NCBI RefSeq assembly: GCF_009914755.1
Contig: NC_060931.1
Strand: one strand, 5' to 3'
From: the human T2T-CHM13v2.0 reference genome, Homo sapiens
Length of the DNA stretch: 64,000 bases
Each line of letters begins with the position of its first letter. Positions within the stretch are counted from its first letter, which is position 1. The translations under genes were made by a program, and so were the position numbers. This document shows positions 42,901 to 57,192 of this stretch, piece after piece. The notes under the pieces were generated by a model. The model ran no database searches and had not been told where the DNA came from. It saw only the letters and a list, made by a program, of their open reading frames with translations.

Positions 42901-43174
42901 TTTAAGATCACGCAGCCTGTTAATGGCAGAAACAGGGCCAGAATCAGTTTTATATGCTTTCCATAAGGGGAGCACATCTCTGTGCCCTCTAGACTTCTAT
43001 TTTAGGTTAACAGTAGCTTCTGAGGTCTCCAGTTAACACTGAAGTTGTCAACTATTCAGTTGACCATTTAGATGACATGAGTAAAATGGAAGTCACTTAA
43101 TTCTCTCCTCTTACTATACTTCAAACCAGTGAAGGCCAGTCATGCTTGGAGACCTACTGACTATAACTTATAAA

Positions 43175-43870
43175 AGAAATTCCATTTCTAGGTAAAACCC
43201 CAAAGAATTGAAGGCAAGTACTCAAACAGATATTTGTTCATCCATGTTCATAGCAGCATTATTCACAGTATCCAAAAGGTAGAAATGACTTAAATGTCCA
43301 CCAATCAATGAATGAATAAACACAATTTTATATACAACAGTGGATATTATTCACCCTTAAAAAGGAAGGAACACGATACATGCCACAACGTGGATGAACC
43401 TTGAAGGCATTAAGTTTAGTGAAAGAAGCCAGACACAAAGGACAAATATTGTATGATTCCATTTATGTGAAGCACATAGAGTAGTCAAATCCATAAAGAC
43501 ATGAAGTGACTAGAGATTACTAGGAGATGGTAGTAGGGAATAATGGGGAATTATTGCTTAATTGGTACAGAGTTTATGTTTGGGATGATAATAATTTCTG
43601 GAGATGGATGATGGTGATAATTGTACAACACTGAATGTACTCGATGCCAATGAACTACACTCTTAAAAGAGTTAAAATGGCAAATTTTATATTATGCATT
43701 TTTTTTACCACATAAGTTCTCACCATAAAATTATAAATGTTTGAGGTGATGGACATGCTAAATACCTTGATTTGATCATTGCACAATGTATACATATATC
43801 AAAACATCACATCATATCCCACAAATATGTACAGTTAGTGTATCTTAATTCAAAATTAAACAATAACAAA
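43175..43870 (+). mobile_element. L1MB 3' end (to about 43712) followed by an L1MA 3' end fragment
   Basis: ATGTTCATAGCAGCATTATTCACA...TTTTACCACA, then GAGGTGATGGACATGCTAAATACCTTGATTTGATCATT. Confidence 0.88.
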
Positions 43871-44609
43871 CCCCACAAAAGTACATAAAAGAGACTTATA
43901 GAAACCAAAAACACTTTTGGATTTAGTCATGTAACTCTATAACCTCTCTTTTTTTCTGGTAAGTCTCTTTGTTACACCACTTTCTGTTCCCAGAAGTCCA
44001 CTCACATCACTACCCAATTGCCTGGCAGAATCCAACGATGGCATTCATCGTCTTACATGGTTTTGCTTTAGTGATAGAAAACCCCATCAGTGCTATTCCT
44101 GCTTAGATATCTTACTACTCTCTCACATTCAACCTATCCAAACCAAACTCATTCTCCTTACTCTCAAACTATCACCCCTTCCTGTTTTCCCTGCACCTGA
44201 TAATGGCCCCAGTATTCTCCTAGACAATTAACTTCAAAAATTTCAGAGTCATCTTTGATTCCTCATTCTCTCTTCACCTGTCCCCATCCTATACTCCAGT
44301 TCGTTGGTACTTTTGGATGTAGAGGTGAAAGCATGAGCTTTGGCCAAATCTCTGGGTATGCTGGACTTTTATTTCCAAGGAGGAATGTCCTGGCTAAAAG
44401 GTGTTAATGTGGTTTTGTCAATAGGCATATGTTACTAAAGCCAAAGTCAGCAAAGAAGGAGCCTCCATGCTTGGAAACAACCCAGCTAACTGCCATCTGT
44501 GTGGTAGCTTGAGTGTGGATTGAAGAACGGAGAGTCAGGTAAGAAGGAAATTTACAGACAAATAGAGATTACAAAATAATGTGACTGAATCCAAAAATGA
44601 TGTTGGTTC

Positions 44610-45300
44610 AGAGCAAATGTACCAAACAGGTTCAAATCTGAGGCTCACCCCTTATCGTTGTATAATCTTGGACAGGTTGCTTAACCTCTAGGGCCTAAAT
44701 TTCCTTTTTATAAAATGGAAATATCCATTTATTTCTTTCAATGTTGTGATAATTAAATAAAATAATCTATGTAAAGCCCTGGCACAGAGTAAACATTTAT
44801 AATGGTTACCACTCAGTTATTACTGCTTCCAAGTGTCTGTTACATTTGTTCCCTGCTTGGCAGGCTCTGGTGGCCCCTAGCCTTGTATTTTCTTGTCCCT
44901 ACCCTTATCTTCCTAATGTCAACCCCTTTTCTCCTCCATTGTAAACCATCTATCTTTTTCCTCATAACCCCAACTCAGCCTCTTAATAAAAGTTTTTCCT
45001 TGTGCTTCTTGACCCCATCTCCAAACATTGTCTTGTCCTCAGTTCATTGTCTAAGCTCTCCTATGGTTCCCATCTGACGCTTTACATTCCAGCTGCCCAT
45101 TTCATTGGATATACAGCTATTTCCCCTATTAGACTGCAAACTCCTGGGGAAAGACATTATGTTGTTCAATATTTTATGCTTTCTACAGCAAGTAGAACTC
45201 TCAGACAGGGTCTTTATTTTGTTCACTGCTACATTCCAGCACCTAGAACAGTCCTTGGGACATAGGCTGAATGAATAAATAATAATGAATAAATGAATTT
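44610..45300 (+). mobile_element. MIR (44610-44820) and L2 3' end (about 45080-45300)
   Basis: GGACAGGTTGCTTAACCTCT...AAAATGG; TTGTTCACTGCTACATTCCAGCACCTAGAACAGT...TGAATGAATAAAT. Confidence 0.75.
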
Positions 45301-45676
45301 TAATCTGGGTGTGTCTCAAGACTGGTGTATTTCTTGTGCAAATCAAATATGCTCCTTTGGATTTGGTTCTTATTCTTCAAAGTAGAATTTGTAGTGAGAG
45401 TAAAAATTCATCAGACACTATCACCTGAGAAATAAGTTGTTGAGTGAAATGCTCAATTCACCAACAACTGCCTGTCCAGCCAATCCAGGAGCAGCCCCAA
45501 CAGGGTGAGGTCATCTCACTCTGAGTCACTTACTCTCAGTAGGCATGCTTTCAAGCTCTTGAGTAAAAGTGTTTATATAGAATAAAATAGTTACAGAAGA
45601 AAGATAATTTTTCTTAAGATAATAATAAGTACATTAACCCAGGAAGCAACATTCAAGTAACATTAAAAACACTTCC

Positions 45677-45796
45677 TGCTTACCTTGAGATAGAGAAAGA
45701 TCTCAATTCAATAATTAAAGTTTGTATTTGAATATTATACTTGAGGTAGAAACTTTAATTATTGAATTGAGACCTTTCTCCATTCTAAGGTAAGCA
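45677..45796. repeat. Inverted repeat, 47-bp arms, 26-nt loop
   Basis: 45677-45723 is the reverse complement of 45750-45796 at 42/47; the inner 23 bp are perfect. Confidence 0.93.
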
Positions 45797-47953
45797 TTTA
45801 GTGTTATAAATTTTCCTCTCAGCAATGTTTTAGCTGCATTCCACAAATTCTGGATGTTGTATTAATATTTTCATCTTAATTTGGTTCTATGCATTTAAAA
45901 TATTTTCTTAGCAACATCTTCTTTGTCTCATGGATTGTTTGTGTGTTTAATTTATAAGTATTTGACACTTTCCTATTGTCTTTCTGTTATCGATTTCTAG
46001 TTTGATTCCATTATAGTTAAAGAAGATATTTTGTATGATTTCAATTCTTTTGAATTTATTGAGGTGAGGTTTGTTTTATGTCCCAGAATATAGTCTATTT
46101 TGGTGAATGTTTTATGGTTGCTTGAAAGAATGTGTATTTTGCTGTTGTTGGGTCAAGTATTCCGTAAGTATCAATTGGGATAGGTTGGTTGTTGGCATTA
46201 TTCAGGCCCTCTGTATCTTTACTAATTTTTTCCCCAGCATGACTGTCAATTGCTTTCAGCTCTATCAGGGTTTTTTTGCTGTTTGTTTCGTGTATTTTGA
46301 AGCTCCATTGTTTATTGTATACATATTTAGAATTACTATGCCTTCTTTTGAAGATCTGATCCTTTTAACATTATATAATGTCTCTAGTAATTGTCTTTGT
46401 GTGAAGTCTGCTCTATCTGATATTAATATAAGCACTCCTGCTTTTCTTGAATTAATGTTAACATTATATGATTCTTCCATTCTCTCACTTTCAGCCTAAA
46501 TATGTTGTGTTTGTTTTTAAAGTGAGTTTCTTGTAGACAGCATAAAGTTGGATCATAATGATCTGTTTTTGAGTTCATTGTTTCCATCTTCTCACATCTC
46601 TGCACTCTACCATTGAGCCCATCCAGGTGACTTTTTATTTCATTATTGTACTTTTAAATTTCCGTTTGGCTCTTTTTATAACTTCCATTCTTTTGCTGAG
46701 GTTTTCTGTTTTTTCATTTGTTTCAAAGTAATTTGTACTTATTGAGAAGATTTTATGATGACTCCTTTAAAGTCTTTGTTAGTTCCAATATGTGATTAAC
46801 TTCAGCTTGGCTAATATCTGTCTTTTAATTGACCAATTACATTTAAAGTAATTATTAATATGTTAGGAGATTATGGATCCTTTATATTTTAGCAGGTAGT
46901 CAAGTCACCCTGTTTAGGGTTAGCATGTATGTTCTGGCTTAGTTTTGCGGGCTTGTAGTTTCAATGACACTTCAGTTTTCTGAGCCCTTGCAGTGCTATT
47001 CTGGTCTGCTTTGTCCTTCTGGCTTCACTGAAGGTCCTACTGGATACCTGCTATTGCTGCCTGTGGTGTGCAAGGCACTAGTGTGAGCTACCTAGTATGA
47101 TTATGCAGAGAGTTGTTAAACCCACAGGATGGGGAGCGTGTCCCTCAGCCTGTTCTCCAGTCACCTGATGCTAGTGAGCTTCCCACCTGATCTCTGTCAG
47201 TTCTGCAGAAGGACAGAAATTCCTGCCTGGGCCACCTTTTGCTCCTGGGTAGAAAGCCAGAAGCCATGAGGTCTGTGTAGCTCTCTGCCACTGGGTGGAA
47301 GGTAGAAGACCCAGGGCCTACTTCACCTTCTGCTACTGGGTGGAGGGCTAGGCAATTCTAGGCCTGGTTTGCTTTTTGCCATTGGGCGAAGGGACCAGAA
47401 ACACCTGGCCTGAATTGTCTTCTGCTGCTGGGTAGGGCCTGGGAGACATTGGGCTTTCTGGAGCTGCCAGTGCCGGCAGAGTGGCCCACCTGCTGACAAG
47501 TTGTGGGGAGGGAGAGGGCTTGGCCTTGTCAGAGGCTGATGTTGCTGCTGCTGCAGGCAGATGAGGCTCACTGTTGCCACTGGGTATGATACTCCCCACT
47601 AAGTTCCCACTTAGTACCTGCTGGGTTTAGAAAGGGGACTTACACAATTCCCTTTCTCAGGGCATTGGCAAGAGAGAGAAGGCTTTTCTTGTTTCTTTCT
47701 TTTTGTTTATGCCTGTTGGTGATTCCAGCTTATAGCCCTCTCTGGCACCCAGTCTGGGATATATGGAAGACAAAAAGAAAGCCCAGGGAACTCATCTTGA
47801 TTTTGTTTTTCAAGTCCTGATATTCACATTCTTTCTTCCTATATTTCCATTCTCTTATAATTGTTGAATTCTTTCCAGGATATTTAGTTGTATTCAAAGG
47901 GGAAGAGCAGGAAGGTATAAGTCTAAACCATCTTGCCCCAGAACTGGAAGCCC
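45740..47953 (-). mobile_element. Old L1M (MD/ME-type) 5' portion with ORF2 endonuclease remnant
   Basis: Minus-strand peptides PTLCCLQETHFK and KAGVLILISDRADF; antisense 5' end CCATCTTG...GGAAG. Confidence 0.85.
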
Positions 47954-49086
47954 TGTACTCCACGCTTAAAATGACATTAATTGATAAAGACATCATCTGA
48001 GAGTGTTACCAACCTGTCCACTTAAACCCAGCTCCTAAGTTAAATCCTACTTCTCCTTCCCGATGTGGATTTCAAGTTCTCCCTTAGTCTGGTATTTATT
48101 GTAATGTGAAACACAGAATGTTGGAAGTATAGCAATCCCAAGATTAGCATTCCCTCTTAGAAAAACATCTTTAAAGAACAAATGCATTAGGCAACAGGCT
48201 TGAAAATCTTTATTTATCCTTTAAACTAAAAAAGAATCCAATAAGTTATATTACATACCACTCCCTTTTTAAGGGACTATGAGAAATTTCTCCCTTCTCA
48301 AGAATAACTATTTCTTCAAAATAATCTACTTTTTAAATTCTAGGAATAATATGAATCCACTGTCTGTTCAGGCTTTCATCTTTAAGCTAGTAATGAAAGA
48401 TGCTCTGAGCTAAATTTGTGCTCCCCCTCCCTACACCAAGGTCATTTATAGGACTCAATGGCACATATTCTGTGTATTTCTTTCTGCATGTATTTCCCCT
48501 TGTATCCTTCCCATTTTGATCTTATGACCTGTAATTTTTATATCAATTTTGGAATGCGATGGGATAAAAATTAACAAAATGTGAAAGTTTCACTTTCATA
48601 GACATATTTTTAAAAATCCTCCCCCCATTACATTTCTGGGGGAAGGAAAAGCCCCCACCCCAACCCTCCAGGTACTTCCAGCAGCATTAAGGCCAAGTGG
48701 GTACAGGCAGAGAAGAGCTGCTGAGCTTGTTACAGGGAAAAGAGGGAGAGCAGGGCATCCCAAAGAAGAGCCTGGTGCCTCCTGAGCAACACGAGAGTAG
48801 GAGCCGTGTGGTATTCAGTCTTGTGTTCCCATCCCTAACAGTTTCTGGCACATAGTAAGTGCTCAAGAAAAGCTTGATGCATTAAACTGCATGCTTTATT
48901 TAGAAGGGATCTACTCTGCAAAACCCAAACAAAGTGCAGTGTGGGAGGAAACCTAGCTTCCTCTCAAGTGAACTCCCCATCTCCACTCACACTCATAAGG
49001 TCTCCCATAGAGACTTAGCAGCTTAGTAACTTGCAAATAGCAACAGGCTTGGCCTTCCCAGTCGATGACTAAAAAAGCAAGATTTG

Positions 49087-49422
<336 letters not shown>

Positions 49423-50619
49423 AAAAAAGCAAGCTTTGAGAGTGCAGACTTCAGTTACCAAACTATTAACCGAAAGGATGGTTCATAACCTTTTCAGTCA
49501 TCTGTAGACCCATGAGGGTGATTAATTGGAACCATCCAGCCATGTCGGAATTGTTTTTCATGTCAAATTTGAAGGTAGCCCCCACTTCCTGCCATTGAAA
49601 ACTGCAGCCAGAAGGTCTCTTTCAGGAGACTTCCTGTCTGTATTTCCCCAAGATGATGAAGGAAGGATCAGAAAACAAGCTCAACTCTTCACCAGCTGAC
49701 TTCAAACACACTCAATCTCCGCTCACTGGAGTCTGAAGAATTCAGCTGCTTAAGTACAGTCAGAGGTCACTGCAAATCAGCAATCTTTGCACGGGCACCT
49801 TCCAGGCCGGCTGCTCCTGGCAGATGTCCACATCCATCCAAACAGATCTGCAGACAATGTGAATGACATCTCCCGTTGCCCTTTAAAATGCTTTGGTACT
49901 AGAGCTCTTAGCATCCCTGTTGTAAGCCACTCAGGTACATAAGAGTCAGTCAGCAGTTCCAATTAGAGGATCGGAAAAGAAATGGGTAAGTCTTCTCCCA
50001 GATGGCTCTGGTATAAGGAGTGAGCGGCATGGATTGCACTAATAGATTTTGCCCAATCTCTAGACAAGGAGCCAAACAAGCACAAAGCACCCATTAAAGG
50101 GCGAGCCTGCTTTACAACTCCCAGCTTCCTCATCAAGGCCGTTCGGCCACACATCAACTCTGGAGCCAATTTGGTTGCTGAGCTCCTACCCTTTATTTTA
50201 TCACCAGCAAACAAGGCCCAAGGTGAGCCAGTGAAATTATCTTCAGCCCATTATCAGAATCCTGCTGTTCTCCCACTGGGTCCTCCACTTTGCAAGATTT
50301 CCATGAGGCGACTCCCAGAGATGATTTGAGCAGCCATGCCAATTAGCCATGACCTTCAGCCCTAGCAATGCAGAGGGTAATGCTGTGGGTAAGGGGGAAA
50401 ATGGTTTATTAGAATGGAAAACACATCTCGCTGCACAATTGGTGTCTCTTTGGGGCAGTTAGTACTCATATAAATAGAAAGCTTACATCCTAGGATGAAA
50501 GAGTAAATAGGTCCCGAAATGGCGACTCATGCCCTCTCCCTAATTCAGTCACCAGGATCTTGCCTCCTTAACTCTTCTTGGGGAAGGAAGGACAAAAAGG
50601 AAAATAAAAAATCACTGAG

Positions 50620-51035
50620 AAGTATATTTTTTAGCTATTCTATGTAACAAACCTCTTAAAATGTTGTCACTTTACTCAATGGCCATTTGTTCTCTCTCCC
50701 AAGCCTAAGGGTGGGGCAAGTGGTTTTGTGGGTGGTCCTGGCTTGGTAGATCTCAGCTGGGCCTGCTCACGCTTCTGCAGTCACCTGCTGGGCTGGTTGG
50801 GGCCTCACTGATCTAGAATAGTCTCACCTGGGATGACTCAGCGACTTCCCCTTGGCAGGATTCTAGGGGAGAGTGGAACCAATGGCTGGGCTGGAACCTG
50901 CATGCCAGCACCTCCCCCACATGCTGTTGGTCAAGCCAGATTCAAGAGATGGGGAAACAGACTCCGCCTCTGGATGCCGCAAAGTCCCACGGCAAAGGGC
51001 AGGAATATAGAGGTGAGTGGAGAATTGGAATCATC
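50620..51035 (-). mobile_element. Old MLT1 LTR
   Basis: TATGTAACAAAC...CTCAGCTGGGCCTGCTCAC...GGGGAAACAGACTCCGCCTC. Confidence 0.65.
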
Positions 51036-52460
51036 ATGATGCATCGGTAATGAGAGGAGAAGGCAGTGGGAGAAGTAATTTGGGGGGAAAAGAGGAACAG
51101 GCTCAATCTAAAAGAATGGGATTGCTCCTCACTTCGGTTGCCCCTGCCCTCTCTTCAGCCCTCTCCTCAAGTATAGGAAGGTTTAATACCATTTGTCTAG
51201 AAAAAAATTGATCTGATCTGGTCTGATGACTCTGGTGAGCCTCCTACTTCTCTCTGTGGAGTGCCATTGGCTTCTCTGAGGTATTGGGCACACATCTGAG
51301 TAGGCAGCTTTGAGACCAGCAAGTCAGCAGGGCTCCTAAGGCCAGGAGCGATGTCTCAGCCTCCAGCAGCACCCAGGCCACTTTGTCAGAGGAATCGGAG
51401 GGCAAGGAGGAGAATCTTAGCATCACCCTATAAGATCAGGGCCCTGCTTACCTGTCCTATGCCATCATTTGCCATTTCTCCTCATACACACCCACTCCCT
51501 GGCATACTGAGCTACCTTCATTTCCTGAAATTGTGGTGAAAAGAGCCTCATGTCTTTGCACACTCACTCCTTGTGCTGAGAATGCCTCTCCCCACCCAGA
51601 CAACTCCCTTCCCAGTTCAGGGTGAGGGTCACACCTATAGGTGGCTCCCCACTGTGCTTCCAGACTCACCTCCACCAAAACAGTCATCACTCCACTGCAA
51701 TTGTTTACTTTCTGTCTTCCTTGTGATTTTTGTCAGTTCCTCTAGCGCAAGAGCCAAGTCTTTAGTTTCCATATTCCCAGGACTTAAGGCAGAGCCAGGC
51801 ACATAGAAGAGCTTAATCAACAAGGCTCCATGTTCTCCTTGGGGAACACTATAACTTTTCTTTATGGAGTAAGTGGAGGTTTGTAAAATTCTCACTTTAC
51901 TTTCCTTTCACCTCTGGAGCAAAGAAGACTTGTTTCATCCTAATTTGGCCTTGGGGCAGATTTTACCTAATTTACCTAAAATCAACTGGCTCTTAGGTGG
52001 CAGAGCAAGAATCGAAACTTCAGTCTTCCAAGACTTGGCCCAGTGTCTTTTCTCTTTAACTTCAGGTTTTAAAAATACTTATTTATGTTTCAGTGCTCTT
52101 ACTTATACCAAAAGTATTCAACAGATACTTAAGGGCCTACCTGATATGTCAGGGGCTGTTTACGGAGCTAAGGAGACAGTGATATGTAAGACAGACCAAG
52201 TAAGGAGTCAGAAAATAAACATCAATTCTTTATTCCTTCAAAAATGAAATACTCAGACAGTGTTCACTATGTGCCAGGCACTCTTTTCTATGCCTTTCAC
52301 TTGCAGATGAAGAAACTGAAACACAGAGAGGTAAAATAATTTGCCCAAGTTCACACACCCACTTCCTGGTAAAGCAGGAAGATGAACACAGTCTGATTCT
52401 GAGTCTGTGCTTATAACCACTCCCCAGGCTGCCCAAGATAAACTGTTTTTAAATGAGGTA

Positions 52461-53246
52461 TGATATTGGAAAATATATATTCATCTTTGTCCAGTTTACT
52501 GGCATACAACTTCTAAAATGCTTAAATCTTCAAACTGTGTCTTTTTCATGTGTGTGCTAATGAGTTGACTGAATGAGTTGACTGGTGGCTGGCAGACCCT
52601 AAGTAGTTTCAAGATGGGGACTGGTCACCAGGAAGACAAGGCATGATTGTAGGGTTGGGACTTTCAGCCCCCATCATCAATGGCCAATGATTTAATAGGG
52701 AAATCTTCCATAAAAGCAGAAGAGGACAAGAGTTCAGATGAGCTTCCAGGTAGCTGAACATCTAGAGTTTCCTGGAGAGTGGGAAGCCCAGAAAGCTCTT
52801 GGAAACTTTGTGATCTCTCCTCCATACCTCATCCTATGCATCTCTTCATCTGTATCCTTTGTAATATCCTTTATAATAAACCAGTAAACATGTTTCCCTG
52901 AGTTCTGTGAGCTGCTAGAGCAAGTTAATCAAACCTGAGGAGGAGGTCATCTAATTCCTGATTTATACCAGTCGGGCAGAAGCACAAGCAAAACAACCTG
53001 GGGCTTGTGACTGTCATCTGAAGTGGGGGGCAGTCTTATGAGACTGAGCCCCAAATTGTGTGATCTGACATTATCTCCAGGTAGATGGTGTCTGAATTGA
53101 ATTGGATTGAAGGATACCCACCTAGTGTTCACTGTAGACTCTACATCATTACTTGCTTGCTTGCTGTTGGGGAGAAATCCCCACACATCTGGTGTCAGAA
53201 GCGTGTTGTGAGAGTATAGAGGAAACATGGTTTGTTTTTCTAATCA
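52461..53246 (+). mobile_element. MER21A-type LTR
   Basis: TGATATTGGAAAATATATAT...GCTAATGAGTTGACTG...TATAATAAACCAGTAAAC...GGTGTCAGAAG. Confidence 0.87.
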
Positions 53247-53249
53247 TTA

Positions 53250-53630
53250 GGTCATAAGAAATATTCCAAGATAAGTGAAGCAGTGGCGTGGGGGTAATGG
53301 GGGAGGTAGTAGAGACAGAGAATCCTGCTTTAGACAGGGTGGACAGAAAAGGCCTCTCTGAAGAGCTGGCATTGAATCAGAGGCCTGAGCAAAGGGAAGG
53401 GGGGAGCCTTGTTGGAGAAGAGCATTGCAGCAAGAGGGAACAGCATGTGCAAAGGCCCTGGGATGGAAAAGTCCTTGGTGAGTACAAGGAACAGCCAGGA
53501 GGCTGGTGTGAACAAGGAGAAGAATTATGAAAGATGCACTGAGAGAGGCGACCAAGGGCAAATGAGAGAGGAGTGGCTTCTTTGGACATACTGAAGAGTT
53601 TGGATTTTATTCTCAGTACAATTTGTGGTA
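53250..53630 (-). mobile_element. L2 fragment
   Basis: AAGGCCTCTCTGAAGAG...GAGGGAACAGCATGTGCAAAGGCCCTG...TTTGGATTTTATTCT. Confidence 0.85.
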
Positions 53631-56083
53631 GTTTACATAATGACAAATGACATAAAGGGTAAAAACAAAATTAAATAAGTGAAAAAGAGTGGGTATGGAG
53701 GATTGGGATAAAGGTAGAAAAACAGAGCAATACCAAGGGTAAGGTTAGATATAAAATGCAGGTCTTATATTACGTCGTGTATTTTGCCACCAGCATCAGG
53801 CTGCAAATTTGAACACGAGCTTCCACATGGTCATCACAAAGAGGGAAATACAGACAGCTTCGTGGCTCATAATTTCAAAAGATAAAAAGAAAGATGTCAT
53901 TTAGAAGCACACCTGTTCCTAGTACTCAGTCCTTGGAGGATTCTCTTGCTGACTGAAAAGTAAGTTGGAATCTGGAACTGATCAAAAGGAAAATTAAGGC
54001 ATTTTATAACTAGACAGAGATATTTTGTAACTACACTGAGCCATACAAAGTTTGAATGGTTTGTGCATGCTGAGAACATTGAAACTGAATATTAAAATCT
54101 TTCTATGTTTCTTCATATACAGAAATTTCAGTCCACACAATTTGCAAAGCCCACATTGTGAGGCTCAGATCATATCCATAATGATAGAATGGCCCAAGAA
54201 ATGGTTGATTCAGTGGTTTAGGCTGATCTGAGGGTGGGTGTGGGGGCTGCATAGTCAGTCTTCTTCTTACATTGTCTTTATGATGGTCCAGAAAAAGAAA
54301 CTGATCACATGATGTCCACTTAGAGGAGAGGCAGAGCAAGGGGTTTATTATTGCTGGGCTATGAGATGAGAGAGGAATCTGCTCTATTACTGTATTCTCT
54401 CGACGATAGTTATTAACAACTACTTTTTTCTCTGCTTACTAGAAAATGGAGTAAACCCGCAGATTGGTTAAGGAAGTCATGAGGGGGAAGTCTCTCCACT
54501 AATCTGAGCACTCATTTATACTAATAACAGCTCCTTATAGTAAGCACTTACTCCATGCAGTCAGGTTCGATTCCTTTCCACACATTGCCTAAATAAAGCA
54601 TATTACCTTTGGGAGGCGGCAATTGGTCTAGCCGGTGGCAAGCAGTGATGGGATTTAATGGGATATGCAGCCTCACAAGCCTCAGGTGGTGTGTTTTAAT
54701 CAAGTCCCAAAGTGTAGATGATATAATAGAACATTGGGAAAACATTCAAGTTGTTCAGGCTATTTGAAAACTACATTATAATCTCTAACACCAGAGCTCT
54801 AACGGTCCCTAGGGGTTAAGGAAAGGCCAAGGCTGAAGAGGAAGAACCTAGATCATGCACAGAAGTAATCAATGATGAAGATTCCAAGAAACAGAGAAAG
54901 ATAACATGGGGACATGAACAAACTCATACTCTTGATCCAATCCTCTTCAGCCCTCTGGATCCTTTGCACTGTTTGAGTCCTTGGTTCCTCCTTCATGTAA
55001 CTTTGCTTTTGTCATGGAAGAGAGGGACTGAGAAAACACCTCTGGGTTTGCTGTTAGAAAGACATGGTGCCTTTCTGAAGGGTGATGACAGGAGCAGGAG
55101 AGGCAGGAACCAGACTTTGAGTGAGCAGATGGTGAGATGGGAAGCATGGAGAACTCACCAAGAAAGTGGCAACAACAGGAGAGAAATAACATAGCAGTCT
55201 GAGGATACAGTGGGGCCAAGAGCTGTCCTTTTTCCAAGATAGAGGAGACCTGCTGTGCATGTTCCGAAGGAAGGGTTTGAGGCTACAAAGGCTGGGGTCA
55301 AGAAGGAATGGGCAGTTATCTTTGGGGTTAGTTCTGGAAGGGAAACAAGACACTTCTGAGACAGGTTGATAGAAGGGGGCACAAGAGTCTCTATTTTGAG
55401 ATGGAAGGAACATCTGCAGTCCACGTGGCCTCATAACTCTCAAGAGGAATGTGGTAGGGCAATCACACATTTCTAGGAAAGAAAGAACTGGGGCTGGAGG
55501 GAAAGGGGAAAGGACCAGGGTGGCTTCTGTCACATCCTACAGGCTCTTAGAACTAGCTATGCAGGGAACAGGTTCTCAGTATGGATGTCTGGAATTATCC
55601 TGGGTAGTGTCGGGAAAATAAGAATAAAACCCAAGGCTGGCTGGGTGTAGAAGCAGGTTTTCTCTGCTCAGGACTCAGGTGCAAAGACAGTGAGGGGGAA
55701 AAACAGTTCTAAGCAGATTTAGGAAAGACCTAACAAATATAAGATCCAGTCAAAAGCAAATATAGGAAAAGTATGTTTCTAAATCTTCTAGCTATTCAAG
55801 CATATGATGTATTTCCTCCGATAATTGATTTAATCTTCCATAAAAATACTATTTCTCACTCAATCACTTCTTTCCATGCTTCCACATTTATTAAGTGCCA
55901 TTGGACCATAGCATGTGCCAGAGACTATTTCTAATAATATTTCTACATGTGGAGGGCACTTTCCTTCTAATTCAATTTCGTGTTTCACATGAAAGCCCTT
56001 AAGAGACAATAGGAAGGGAAGTGTGTCCAGCTCCACTTGATGAATGAGGAAACAAACTAAAGATGGACTCAGGAAAGTGACTT

Positions 56084-56273
56084 TTTTTTTAGGGGGACAA
56101 GGTCTCGTACTGTGTCACCCAGGCTGGAGTCCGGTGGTGCAATCTTAGCTTACTGCAACCTCTGCCTCTCAGGTTCAAGTGATCCTCCCACCTCGGCCTC
56201 CTGAGTAGCTGGGACCACAGACACATGTCACCACACTCAGCTAATTTTTGTATTTTTTTGTAAAGACAGGGTT
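56084..56273 (-). mobile_element. 5'-truncated AluJ (right monomer plus linker)
   Basis: Perfect 13-bp TSD AGGAAAGTGACTT. Confidence 0.93.
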
Positions 56274-56914
56274 AGGAAAGTGACTTCTAACCCCTAGAAT
56301 TGTAAATGCTCCCCAGTCCAGACCTTTCTTTTCATGGCTGTATCATAGTCATCATTATTTACTTGTGTAATGATTTACTTCAAGTCTGCCTTTCCTGCTG
56401 GATTGTAGCTTCATGCAGGCAGACTGAGGGTCTTGTTCCCTGTTATCTTTCCAGCGGGTCACATTTACCACTGAATCCTCACTGTCTACACGCGTAGTTG
56501 ATAGGCAATAGATTTGCTGGTGGGGTTCTTCCTGGTCTTTCTTGCACAAAGCCATTTTTTGAAAGAAATTACAACTTAAAACTATATGAATTAAGATTCT
56601 TGAATTTTTAACATTTCCCCTCAATATGTTACCATGATCTGGTCCAAATTTATTTGTGCAGCACTTTTTTTCAGGAACTCACTTTATCAGATCTTCCCAA
56701 ATCATGCAACTCTATTTTTATGGAGACGACTCTCTGCCTCTTCACTCTCATAGCTCATCAGTCTTATATTAATTAAATAAAATTATTATAAACATTAATA
56801 TTAACATAAATTAACCAAGTACAACTGCTATAAATAAATTTAGGAATAACTACCCCTGACTCTTGGTAAGTGCACTACACAGCTAGTAGGAAAAAGGCAC
56901 CCGGGCATATTAGA

Positions 56915-57192
56915 GCAATATCTTTCGAACTATTTGACTGCAGATCCACAGAAAGGCATTTCTTATTGCAGCCTAATACATCCACATAAATACTCACATA
57001 CAAACATGCATACTCATAAAAATGCAAACACACCTGTGCCCCTCAAACATAATTTTTAGAAAACACAGCTTATCCTTACAACATGTGATGCATGCTTTTC
57101 TTCTATTTTACATTTTTAAAAATTCTGGTGCAACCTTCTAACGTGTTTTCATGATCCACTCATGGATCTCAATGTGCAGTTTGCAAAGTGTT
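56915..57192. mobile_element. hAT-Charlie-type MITE remnant
   Basis: Termini resembling CAGT.TTT.CAAAC and CAGTTTG.AAA; internal TTTCATGATCCACTCATGG. Confidence 0.5.

Noticed and set aside
53896-53962. Gapped similarity to copies C/D (ACCT..TCCT.GTAC...GAGGA.TTCTCTT...AAAAGT)
   Set aside because: Needs three gaps and seems to lie within an ancient repeat; shows that such alignments can arise by chance.
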